Source: Priestia koreensis (lineage in GTDB: Bacteria > Bacillota > Bacilli > Bacillales > Bacillaceae_H). Taken from it: a stretch of 32,000 nt of DNA. Below, in pieces: positions 1 through 7,980 of this stretch. Under the pieces are notes generated by a model that saw nothing but the letters and a program-made list of their open reading frames with translations, searched no databases and was not told the DNA's origin. The stretch spans positions 19,914-51,913 of the forward strand of contig NZ_LILC01000016.1 in the NCBI RefSeq assembly GCF_001274935.1. The letters are read 5' to 3'. A program made the translations under genes and the position numbers. Each line of letters starts with the position of its first letter. Position 1 is the first letter of the stretch.

Positions 1-1050
1 TGCTCCGCCAATCGTAGCCATTTTAAACACTGCCCTTGCATTCATCGCCGTCGGACCGTGAACAGGCTTTTGGATGAGTGCTGCAAGTCTCATTTCGTTG
101 AACATATCTAGGTTGTTATTGCAAGGAGCTCCGTCTGCTCCTAGGCTAACGGACACGTGATGATCTAAAAGTGTGGGAATATCAGCAATTCCAGATGCTA
201 ATTTTAAGTTTGAACCGGGACAGTGACTCACATGAACACCGTTTTCCTTAATGATCTTCCTCTCCTCATCATCAAGCCATACGCAGTGAGCGAGAATTAA
301 TCGATCTGTCGCGAGTCCAAGATGATGGAGATATGTCACGTTCCGCATCCCAGTTTCACGCTCGACTAGGGCAATTTCACCTTGATTCTCAGAGGCATGC
401 GTATGAACATGAATGTTATGTGTGCGGGATAATTCGCTTACTTCCCGCAGGAGTACCTCTGTGCACGAAACGACAAAACGAGGCGAAAAGGCATATTTAA
501 TTCGACCTTCATACATGTGCCATTTCTCCATTAAATCCACGCTGTTCTGAATCGAGTCGTATGTATTTTCTTGTAACGGAAGCGGGACTTCATCTCCTTT
601 ATCCATCATGACCTTTCCAGACAAAGCGCGAATGCCGCTTTCGGCAATTGCTTGAAAAGCTGAATCCGTGTAGTGAACGGTTTCCATGTCTACGATGGTT
701 GTCGTTCCACTTTGAATTAATTCACCAATCCCAAGCATCGCAGAATAATAAATCGATTCCTGATCATGTGAGGCCTCTAACGGCCAAATACGCTGCTTCA
801 ACCAGTCCATGAGCTCCAAATCATCGCCTTTTCCACGAAAAAGCGTTTGACATAAGTGAATATGGGTTTGCACAAACCCTGGAATAACCGTGCGATTTGT
901 CCCGTCGATCAGTTGATCAACCCGATCGACGTTTAAGTTGGGACCTACTGCTTTAATGATATCGTCCTCAATATAAATATCTCCCGTTATAATCTCCTCA
1001 TTCGCATTCATCGTCACAATTTCAGCATTTCGGATTAAAATCGTCTTCAT
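1..1050 (-). CDS. mtaD: Amidohydrolase-superfamily deaminase, MtaD-like (5-methylthioadenosine/S-adenosylhomocysteine deaminase). The first 350 codons are present and the 3' end runs off the window.
   Basis: Absent from the ORF track because there is no stop in the window. Reverse-strand translation from ATG 1048-1050 gives MKTILIRNAEIVTMNANEEIITGDIYIEDD ... HIHLCQTLFRG ... HTHASEN ... AHCVWL ... SLGADGAPCNN ... ATIGGA, with the frame open to base 1. It carries the HxH, HTH and HC/D metal-ligand motifs of the chlorohydrolase/MtaD group. SD GGGGAGGAG lies upstream. Confidence 0.8.
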   Translation of the reverse strand, partial: MKTILIRNAEIVTMNANEEIITGDIYIEDDIIKAVGPNLNVDRVDQLIDGTNRTVIPGFVQTHIHLCQTLFRGKGDDLELMDWLKQRIWPLEASHDQESIYYSAMLGIGELIQSGTTTIVDMETVHYTDSAFQAIAESGIRALSGKVMMDKGDEVPLPLQENTYDSIQNSVDLMEKWHMYEGRIKYAFSPRFVVSCTEVLLREVSELSRTHNIHVHTHASENQGEIALVERETGMRNVTYLHHLGLATDRLILAHCVWLDDEERKIIKENGVHVSHCPGSNLKLASGIADIPTLLDHHVSVSLGADGAPCNNNLDMFNEMRLAALIQKPVHGPTAMNARAVFKMATIGGA

Positions 1051-1162
1051 CTCTATGTTCTCCTCCCCGTGTATGCTTCACTGATGTAAAGTACTCACTA
1101 TTATACTGAGTTCAGAGAATCTTTTTACATTTTATGTAATGAAACCTCACATGAAATTTCCA

Positions 1163-1197
1163 AATAAAAAAACACCGATTTTGTTAGATCGGTGTTT
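1163..1197 (-). terminator. Rho-independent terminator downstream of the HAD phosphatase gene
   Basis: Perfect 9-bp stem AACACCGAT / ATCGGTGTT (1171-1179 / 1188-1196) with an 8-nt loop, followed on the minus strand by TTTTTTTATTT. Confidence 0.8.
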
Positions 1198-1208
1198 CAT
1201 TCATTTCC

Positions 1209-2099
1209 TTATTTGGTTGCTGCTTCGCTTTCACGCTCAGCGGACGCTTGTTTTATAAATTGAGATAAATAACGAGCAACGCCGTTGTCATCGCACGTAT
1301 ATTCTGTCACCTCATCGACAACGTCTTTAATATGATCGCCCGCATTTTTCATCGCCACTGCGTAGCTTACAAACTGAAACATTGGCAAATCATTGTTGCT
1401 GTCACCAATCGCTAAAATTCCGTCAGAAGACAAACCAAAGTGCTTCAGCATCTGCTGAATACCCGTTGCTTTATTCACGTTTGCGACCATAACCTCTACG
1501 TTATGATGTGAGGACGTAGACGTTGAAAAATCGGTGTCTTGCTTTAATTTTTCAAGCTCGTCTTTAAATGCATTAATATGTGTGGTTGTTCGTGCAAAGA
1601 AATAAAACTTTGAAAACTCACTGCCTTCCACACGATCCTTCCAGTCGATTTCTTCTTGGATCGCTTTTTTACGTGAAAGCCATTCATTAATTTCAACATC
1701 TTCAGGCTTTGGATCTTTAATTTCGTTCAGAACGTATTCTTGATCCTGTTTCAACGTTACGCGCGCGCTGTTGTATGGAAATAATTCATAATAGACACGG
1801 TGCTCTCGTGCTTTTTCAATAATTGTGTGTACGAGTTCAAGGGAAAGGGAATGCTTAAATACCATTTCTTTGCCTACATACCCTGCCATACCGTTTGATG
1901 TGATAAATCCATCTACTTCAAAGCCATCAGGCACTAATTCAGCAATTTCATCAAACGCTCTTCCCGTTGCGATAAACACATAAATTCCCTGCTTACGCAA
2001 ACGGTCGATTGTTTCCTTTGTTTCCATGCTTACACGATTTTGACGGTTTAAAATAGTGCCATCCATATCTAAGAAAATGGCTTTCGGTGTTGTAACCAT
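1209..2099 (-). CDS. Cof-type HAD-IIB phosphatase (sugar-phosphate phosphatase family)
   Basis: Start moved from 2213 to the internal ATG at 2099 (MVTTPKAIFLDMDGTIL), which has SD GAGGGGGAAA 6-7 nt upstream. Motif I is DMDGT, and later motifs are ATGR, GDSNND. The cap region is typical of Cof/YidA-like proteins. Confidence 0.85.
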   Translation of the reverse strand: MVTTPKAIFLDMDGTILNRQNRVSMETKETIDRLRKQGIYVFIATGRAFDEIAELVPDGFEVDGFITSNGMAGYVGKEMVFKHSLSLELVHTIIEKAREHRVYYELFPYNSARVTLKQDQEYVLNEIKDPKPEDVEINEWLSRKKAIQEEIDWKDRVEGSEFSKFYFFARTTTHINAFKDELEKLKQDTDFSTSTSSHHNVEVMVANVNKATGIQQMLKHFGLSSDGILAIGDSNNDLPMFQFVSYAVAMKNAGDHIKDVVDEVTEYTCDDNGVARYLSQFIKQASAERESEAATK

Positions 2100-2311
2100 A
2101 ACGATTTTCCCCCTCTTTGTAAAAAAGAATGCACTTTGAAGTATATACCTTTGACGTAACAAACTCAACGCATGTGTGTTATTGAACAGCTTCCATTTCC
2201 CGTCACAAAGCACTCTTTGCGTTATTATTAAACGTTTGTAAATCCCTCATTGCAACTCTCAGCTTATTTCATCGTCACTATCTACAACACGATTTTAATG
2301 CGTATCTCTCT

Positions 2312-3199
2312 CTAGATCCCCTTCCCCTGAACCTCTTTACAAAACAACGCTTCAAAATAAGACACCAAATGTGGACGAAGCTCTGTACGTTTCAGACCTA
2401 TTTCCATGATCGCTTTTATGTACCCAAGCTTGTCACCGATGTCATAGCGGCTCCCTTCTAGCTCTAGAGCAAATAGCCCCTCATGCTTGCACATTTTTGC
2501 AAGTGCATCTGTTAGCTGAATTTCATTTCCTGCCCCTCGTTCAATCGTTTCAAGGATCGCAAAGATGGAAGGCGGAAGAATGTATCGTCCCATAACCGCT
2601 AAGTTCGACGGAGCCTGCTGTTGCGTTGGTTTTTCAATGATAGTACGCACTTCATATACCCCGTTATGTGAAAATCCTGGTTGAATGATTCCATATTTGC
2701 TTACTTCCTCTTTTGCCACGGCCTGAACCCCTACAACAGGTGCTGACGCTTGTTCATATACTTTCATCATCTGTTGCAGTGCAGGTGGATCAGAAACCAT
2801 AATATCATCACCTAAAAGGACCGCAAACGGTTCGTCACCGATAAATTGTTTGGCACAAAGGACCGCATGGCCAAGTCCGAGCGGCTCCTTTTGACGAATA
2901 TAATGAATCGTAGCCATCGAGGAAATTCCCTGTACTTCTTTGAGCTGATCATACTTCCCTTTCTCTTCTAACAGCTGCTCAAGCTCAATCGATTTATCAA
3001 AATGGTCCTCAATGGATTTTTTATTTTTTCCCGTTACAAAAATAATGCTTTCGATTCCGGACTGAACCGCTTCTTCTACGATGTATTGAACAGCCGGCTT
3101 ATCCACAATCGGAAGCATCTCCTTTGGCTGTGCTTTTGTTGCAGGCAAAAAGCGCGTGCCTAGTCCTGCCACTGGAATAACCGCTTTTTTTATTTTCAT
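2312..3199 (-). CDS. galU: UTP--glucose-1-phosphate uridylyltransferase
   Basis: N-terminus MKIKKAVIPVAGLGTRFLPATKAQPKEMLPIVDKP is the canonical GalU/GtaB signature. SD is GGAGGAGAG. The start overlaps the stop of the upstream GtrA gene by 4 nt. Confidence 0.93.
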   Translation of the reverse strand: MKIKKAVIPVAGLGTRFLPATKAQPKEMLPIVDKPAVQYIVEEAVQSGIESIIFVTGKNKKSIEDHFDKSIELEQLLEEKGKYDQLKEVQGISSMATIHYIRQKEPLGLGHAVLCAKQFIGDEPFAVLLGDDIMVSDPPALQQMMKVYEQASAPVVGVQAVAKEEVSKYGIIQPGFSHNGVYEVRTIIEKPTQQQAPSNLAVMGRYILPPSIFAILETIERGAGNEIQLTDALAKMCKHEGLFALELEGSRYDIGDKLGYIKAIMEIGLKRTELRPHLVSYFEALFCKEVQGKGI

Positions 3200-3597
3200 T
3201 TTTTCTCTCCTCCAAATTCAACGTCACGCACAAACACCAAGCGCGTGCCAACATAATTAATGCCAACTCCTACAATCGTCGCGACCAACTTACTCACGAT
3301 GAGTGACCAATCAAGCTGCTGATGAAGCTCTGATAGTAAGACTGACGTCACAGCAAGCGTGATCAGATTTACGCTTATAAAAGCGATAACCTCTTTTTTT
3401 GAAGTCGCTCCTTTTTGCTGAAACGTCCATGAGCGGTTTAGCATATAGCTGTTCGCTAAACCACCGCTGTACGAAATGATTTGAGCAAGTATATACGGAA
3501 ATCCCCCTAGAGTCAGCAATGTAAAAAGAAGAAAATCGATGCCGGTGTTTACGATACCGACAAGACCAAACTTCAAAAATGAATACCACCTACTCAT
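3196..3597 (-). CDS. GtrA-family small membrane protein (putative polyprenyl-phosphate-sugar flippase)
   Basis: About 133 aa with 4 predicted TM segments and a GtrA-like pattern (FLKFGLVGIVNTGIDF ... NRSWTF ... NYVGTRLVF). I prefer ATG 3597 (MSRWY), which overlaps the GT2 stop in ATGAGTAG (translational coupling). GTG 3606 is an alternative start. Confidence 0.8.
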   Translation of the reverse strand: MSRWYSFLKFGLVGIVNTGIDFLLFTLLTLGGFPYILAQIISYSGGLANSYMLNRSWTFQQKGATSKKEVIAFISVNLITLAVTSVLLSELHQQLDWSLIVSKLVATIVGVGINYVGTRLVFVRDVEFGGEKK

Positions 3598-4567
3598 GTA
3601 CAACACTACTTACTACTTGGCGCTCTTTTCGCTCCATTCCGTAACACTCACGAACGATATAAAGCGGACGATTTTTCGTTTCGTCATAAATACGCCCGAT
3701 ATATTCACCCACAATACCAAGTAAAATCAGCACGATACCGCTGAAAAACAGCTGTATAACAATCAATGAAGCCCATCCTTCCACGGTGCTATCTGTGAAG
3801 AGCTTTTGATACAGAACAATAAACATATAGATAAATCCAGCAAGTGATAGAAGGCTTCCTGTATACGTCGCAAGCTTTAGTGGCTTATAGGAAAACGTCG
3901 TCAATCCGTCTAGGGAAAGCTTTAGCATTTTTTTAAGCGGATACTTTGTTTCACCCGCTAATCGCTCATCCCGCACATACTCTACGGCCGTCTGCTTAAA
4001 GCCTACCCAGCTAACAAGCCCACGAACAAAGCGGTTTTTCTCCTGAATGCCTTTCATTTCTTCACAAACACGGCGATCAATTAAACGAAAGTCCCCCGTA
4101 TCAACGGGGATATCGACATCCGTTGACGCACGTAAAATACGGTAAAAGAGAGAGGCCGTTTGCTTTTTGAAAAACGTTTCGCCTTTTCGCTGCACGCGCT
4201 TTGCGTACACCACGTCATAGCCTTCCTTCCATTTCTCAATCATCTCTAAAATCAGCTCTGGTGGATCTTGTAGATCAGCATCAATTACGACAATCGCTTC
4301 TCCTCTTGCATAATCCATCCCAGCCGTAATCGCAATCTGATGACCGAAGTTTCGTGAGAAGTCGATCAGTTTGACCGAATCGTCCCCGTCGCTATATCCC
4401 TTTAAAATAGCGGCGGTTTGATCTCGGCTACCGTCATTGACAAAGAGAAGCTCGTAAGCTTCCTTTGTCGAATTCATCACTGATTTTAAACGACGATAGG
4501 TTTCATGAATAACGGCCTCTTCATTGTAGACAGGGATCACAATGGAATAGCGCACATGTTTTTTCAT
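3590..4567 (-). CDS. GT2 polyprenyl-phosphate glycosyltransferase (GtrB/ArnC/YkcC-CsbB-like) with two C-terminal TM helices
   Basis: YSIVIPVYNEE, FVNDGSRD, DADLQDPPE (DxD) and a C-terminal TM pair ending GEYIGRIYDE. SD is GGGAGGAG. Confidence 0.9.
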   Translation of the reverse strand: MKKHVRYSIVIPVYNEEAVIHETYRRLKSVMNSTKEAYELLFVNDGSRDQTAAILKGYSDGDDSVKLIDFSRNFGHQIAITAGMDYARGEAIVVIDADLQDPPELILEMIEKWKEGYDVVYAKRVQRKGETFFKKQTASLFYRILRASTDVDIPVDTGDFRLIDRRVCEEMKGIQEKNRFVRGLVSWVGFKQTAVEYVRDERLAGETKYPLKKMLKLSLDGLTTFSYKPLKLATYTGSLLSLAGFIYMFIVLYQKLFTDSTVEGWASLIVIQLFFSGIVLILLGIVGEYIGRIYDETKNRPLYIVRECYGMERKERQVVSSVVHE

Positions 4568-4584
4568 TTAAACTCCTCCCTTTA

Positions 4585-6642
4585 TTATTGAATTTCGTAT
4601 AATTTTAATGATCCACCCATTGGGGATGACGTTTTTGTTGATTGCCATTTACTTGATGATATTTCTTTTCCGTTTTTCGTAATCCAGTTCAGTACATCTG
4701 AATTTCCTGCTTTACCTCGTCCGCCTGATGATAGTAAGAAGTATTTCACCTCGCCGTTTGCGACCATTTTTTTCAGTTTAGACACGGTCATAATCGGATC
4801 CGATCCTGAAAATCCTCCCATTGCCATGACCGCTTTTCCTGTTTCAATGATGTATGGTGATGCGGTATTTGAATCCGTTGTCGCAAACAGGTATTTTTCT
4901 CCTGTATTGTGTTCGGTTAGATACGTAATCGTTTTCGCATCTGTTTGACCACCCAGCATGCCTCTTCCCATTCCACCTGCAGTACTTGATGTAGGACCTG
5001 CTTCTGGAAGCATGCTGTTGCCGCCATAAATAATCGGTGTTGCCGCCCAAAACAGTGGCGCTACAAGAAGCACAAACAGCGCGGCAAGCGAAACAAAAAA
5101 CGATGCTCGGTTTTTGCGTTCTTTTTTGAATAGAAGTACGGCTGATAACAGAATGCCTGCTACGCCCACTCCGATGATCAACCCTTTTCCAATCGTATCA
5201 ACCGTCGGCATCAGCATGTACAGCTGAAAAATCGTTGTTCCAAGAAGTCCAGCTGGCAATAACCAAGCTCGCCAGCCTTCACGATTTCGGTACATTTGCA
5301 TCAATGTTGTCCATCCCGCACCCACTAGGACTGAGATCGCTGGGGCAAGCATAATAAGATAATATTGATGAAAGAATCCTGCTACGCTGAAAAAGCCCGC
5401 GATCGGAACTAACCATGCCATCCAGAACAAGCTTTCTTTTTGTTTTCTCTTAAGCTTTTGTTTTCGTCTAAATGTAGAGAGGAACCCAATTGCAGCCATA
5501 ATCGCAAATGGCAGAACCCAGCTAATTTGCTCGGAAAGACCTGTTTTAAATAAGCGAAGTGCTCCAGGTGTTCCTGTTCCAAACATTCCACCGCTTTGTT
5601 TTCCCATTTGAGGAGGCGTTCCCTTTCCATTCTCACCAGACATCTGCGGTGGATTTCCTGCTTGATTATTATTTCCTCCAGGCATTTGTGGTGGCGTCAT
5701 GCCTTGCTTTTCCATTTGCTTCTGCATTTCCTTCTGCTGCGCTTTCGTTAAATTCCCCGGCATGCCTTGAGGTGCATTACCGTTTTCCATCATCTTTTGC
5801 ATTTGCTTTGCATTCGGCATGTTTCCGCCACCACCAGGACCGTTTTGCCCAGTTAGACGAGAGACGCCGTTATAGCCAAACGCAAGCTCTAGAACAGAAT
5901 TTGTTTGACTGCTCCCCATGTATGGGCGTTTGTCAGCTGGAATAGCATCCACAACGAGTGCCCACGAAATAGATACAGCAAGTAGTACGGCTGTAGCTGT
6001 CGTTAAAAAACCAAGCTTCTTCTTCCAATTGATCTTCGTAGCTAGTACGTAAAATAGATAAAAAGCTGGTAAAATCATGTACGCTTGTAGCATTTTCATA
6101 TTAAAGCCGATTCCCACAACCGCAAACGATGCAAGCAGCCACATCAGCTTTCCTTTTTTCGTTGCCTTAAACAATAACCACGTAGCGACTAAAAGCGTAC
6201 ACACTAGCATGCTATCAATATTGTTTGTTCGACTCACAGCGGCCACGATCGGCGTACAAGCCATAACTAAGCTTGATAATCGAGCAGCTGTTTTACCAAA
6301 GCTTGGTTTTACAAGAAGATAAATGAGTAAGACAGAACCAACTCCTGCTAGCGCCTGTGGTAAAATAACGCTCCATCCGTGGAAGCCAAAAATATATGCG
6401 CTAACCGTTTGAATCCAAAACACAACGGGCGGTTTATCGACCGTGACGTATCCCGCGGGATCAAAGGATGCAAAGAAGAAATTATGAAAGCTTTGAAGCA
6501 TACTTTTCACCGCTGCCGTATAATACGGATTCACATAGTCATCCTTCCATATATTAAAAATGTTTAAAAAAGCGGCGATCAACATAATAAGGATGAGTAC
6601 AAAATCAAACCGCCTTGTTTTTGCTTGTTTCATTATTTTCAC
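4585..6642 (-). CDS. GT-C fold glycosyltransferase, family 39 / ArnT-PMT-like (YkcB-like), 685 aa, polytopic membrane protein
   Basis: N-terminal DxPP-type loop (YVTVDKPPVVFW) and many TM segments. A Gln/Pro/Gly/Met-rich insert spans aa 265-360. There is a C-terminal soluble domain. SD is AAAAAGGAGTGA. It lies 17 nt upstream of the GT2 gene. Confidence 0.85.
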   Translation of the reverse strand: MKIMKQAKTRRFDFVLILIMLIAAFLNIFNIWKDDYVNPYYTAAVKSMLQSFHNFFFASFDPAGYVTVDKPPVVFWIQTVSAYIFGFHGWSVILPQALAGVGSVLLIYLLVKPSFGKTAARLSSLVMACTPIVAAVSRTNNIDSMLVCTLLVATWLLFKATKKGKLMWLLASFAVVGIGFNMKMLQAYMILPAFYLFYVLATKINWKKKLGFLTTATAVLLAVSISWALVVDAIPADKRPYMGSSQTNSVLELAFGYNGVSRLTGQNGPGGGGNMPNAKQMQKMMENGNAPQGMPGNLTKAQQKEMQKQMEKQGMTPPQMPGGNNNQAGNPPQMSGENGKGTPPQMGKQSGGMFGTGTPGALRLFKTGLSEQISWVLPFAIMAAIGFLSTFRRKQKLKRKQKESLFWMAWLVPIAGFFSVAGFFHQYYLIMLAPAISVLVGAGWTTLMQMYRNREGWRAWLLPAGLLGTTIFQLYMLMPTVDTIGKGLIIGVGVAGILLSAVLLFKKERKNRASFFVSLAALFVLLVAPLFWAATPIIYGGNSMLPEAGPTSSTAGGMGRGMLGGQTDAKTITYLTEHNTGEKYLFATTDSNTASPYIIETGKAVMAMGGFSGSDPIMTVSKLKKMVANGEVKYFLLSSGGRGKAGNSDVLNWITKNGKEISSSKWQSTKTSSPMGGSLKLYEIQ

Positions 6643-6685
6643 TCCTTTTTCTTATCTACGAGTACTATAAAACGACTCTGTGAAC

Positions 6686-6714
6686 TGAATATGAACGTTG
6701 GAATGTTTTTTCAA
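6686..6714 (-). promoter_or_regulatory. Candidate sigma-A promoter of the glycosylation operon
   Basis: Minus strand reads TTGAAA (6709-6714) - 17 nt - TATTCA (6686-6691), about 45 nt upstream of ATG 6642. This is a motif match only. Confidence 0.3.
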
Positions 6715-6763
6715 AGTTTCTTCGATAAGGACATTCTTGCGCTTTATCTTCACGTAACAGGTA

Positions 6764-6802
6764 AATAAAAAGAAGAGCATCCATTGGATACTCTTCTTTT
6801 GT
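6764..6802. terminator. Bidirectional terminator-like hairpin in the long spacer
   Basis: 13-bp stem AAGAAGAGCATCC / GGATACTCTTCTT with one C-A mismatch and a 3-nt loop. It is flanked by an A-run (AAATAAAAA) and a T-run (TTTTG), so a U-tract follows on either strand. Confidence 0.55.
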
Positions 6803-7440
6803 ATGACTTCAGTAAATATTACGCAATAACATAATACATTCGCTAAAGATTCTCTTGTTTGGTGATCTGCATGATGAAAGAATTTCTAACGCCTTTCTAT
6901 TTACTCTGTATAGTTAATTTAGGATACACGAGGTTTGCCTTATTCTTATTTCATTTACTAATGAATACACTCCCGTCTTTCATATGAAGAAGTTAAAGAG
7001 GCATATGAAGAAACCTTCTAATACGTGCCGAAATTGGTAACATATTATACTGACGATATTTCCATAAACATGAATATCAGGAAACTCTTTCTCCTACTTT
7101 GAAAAAAATGATCTACCTGCATTGAGGCTACTGAAAAAGGCCTTAAAGGATTGCGTTCTTTTCAACAGTAGACGGTGCTTAAAGGAAATTCGTTACGTTT
7201 TTGATCGTTCGTATCATGTCGAAACAAAGTAACCATTTATATATAGGAAATTTTCAGTAATAGAAGAAGGACGTGATTGCATGATGAAAGACCAATTGCT
7301 CAGATTAAACTTCCCTTACTATCCTTTTCGCAGTGACATTTAAGGTGGATTTGGATATATTTAGAAGGAGAATCTCATTTTACTTAAGAGAAAAGCTTAC
7401 TTAAAATGGCCGTGTAGACGGCAGAAAGGAACAGAAACAG

Positions 7441-7911
7441 TTGTTAGATCATGTATTAATTCGTAAAACGAACGCAAGTCTCATTTCCACATTGCTTGTT
7501 TCAATCCTAACAGCTTTTTATTTAGAAATTCGCGGGATAAATGTAGAACGAACAATGACAGATTATATACTTATCACAGCAGGAATCAGCTTTTTTGTAG
7601 GACTGTGGACGATTGTCTATATGAATCTATTATCTTTACTTGCTGGCAGATTAGGAACATACAGCTCATTACGTCTTAACGGTCTATACATTGGAATTTT
7701 GAGCGTATTAGGATTGCTAGGAGGATCTTATTTTGGAAGTCACCAGGGAATTTCATTTTGGGTCGTCGGCTTCTTCATCGGTTTTTTGTATGGATTCGTT
7801 GACGTTTTAACCGTTCGTTTGTTAGAAAAATTTTACCCTACCTATCCTCTTTATTTTATTCCTATTTTGCTGTTTGTCGTATGCTCGTTAGCAATCCTAA
7901 TTATATTTTAG
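7441..7911 (+). CDS. Hypothetical polytopic membrane protein (about 156 aa, 4-5 TM)
   Basis: TTG start at 7441 is the first in-frame start after a TAA at 7402, and AAAGGAAC lies 10 nt upstream. The protein is strongly hydrophobic throughout. I recognise no family motif. Confidence 0.6.
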   Translation: MLDHVLIRKTNASLISTLLVSILTAFYLEIRGINVERTMTDYILITAGISFFVGLWTIVYMNLLSLLAGRLGTYSSLRLNGLYIGILSVLGLLGGSYFGSHQGISFWVVGFFIGFLYGFVDVLTVRLLEKFYPTYPLYFIPILLFVVCSLAILIIF

Positions 7912-7947
7912 TTTTTAGTGGAGGACGCCCTTTTTTATTGTAAGCAG

Positions 7948-7980
7948 AAAGAAAGCCCGGAAAAAATCCCGGACTTTCTT
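7948..7980. terminator. Shared hairpin terminator between convergent genes
   Basis: GAAAGCCCGG / CCCGGACTTTC imperfect stem (10 bp with one mismatch) and an 8-nt loop. T-rich tracts follow on both strands. It sits between the stop of the 7441-7911 gene and the stop at 7981. Confidence 0.6.

Noticed and set aside
2100-2213. N-terminal extensions in the ORF track. The extended regions are 2100-2213, 17104-17247, 31837-31881, 25746-25784, 20452-20505, 9593-9643, 22385-22393 and 28626-28661.
   Set aside because: In each case an internal start has a proper SD at 5-10 nt, and the family-typical N-terminus begins there. In two cases (the 16318 and 30913 genes) a predicted promoter lies inside or at the extension.
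3311-3724. ORFs 3311-3589 (-) and 3539-3724 (+), which overlap the GtrA and GT2 genes
   Set aside because: They are alternate-frame or antisense shadows inside well-supported genes, and neither has an SD.
5559-6567. Plus-strand ORFs 5559-5945, 6077-6322 and 6379-6567, plus the minus-strand alternate-frame ORFs 4844-5050 and 5409-5636, all inside the GT-C gene
   Set aside because: They are antisense or alternate-frame shadows of a well-supported 685-aa membrane-protein gene. None has an SD, their composition is odd, and the longest one is produced by the low-complexity repeat region.
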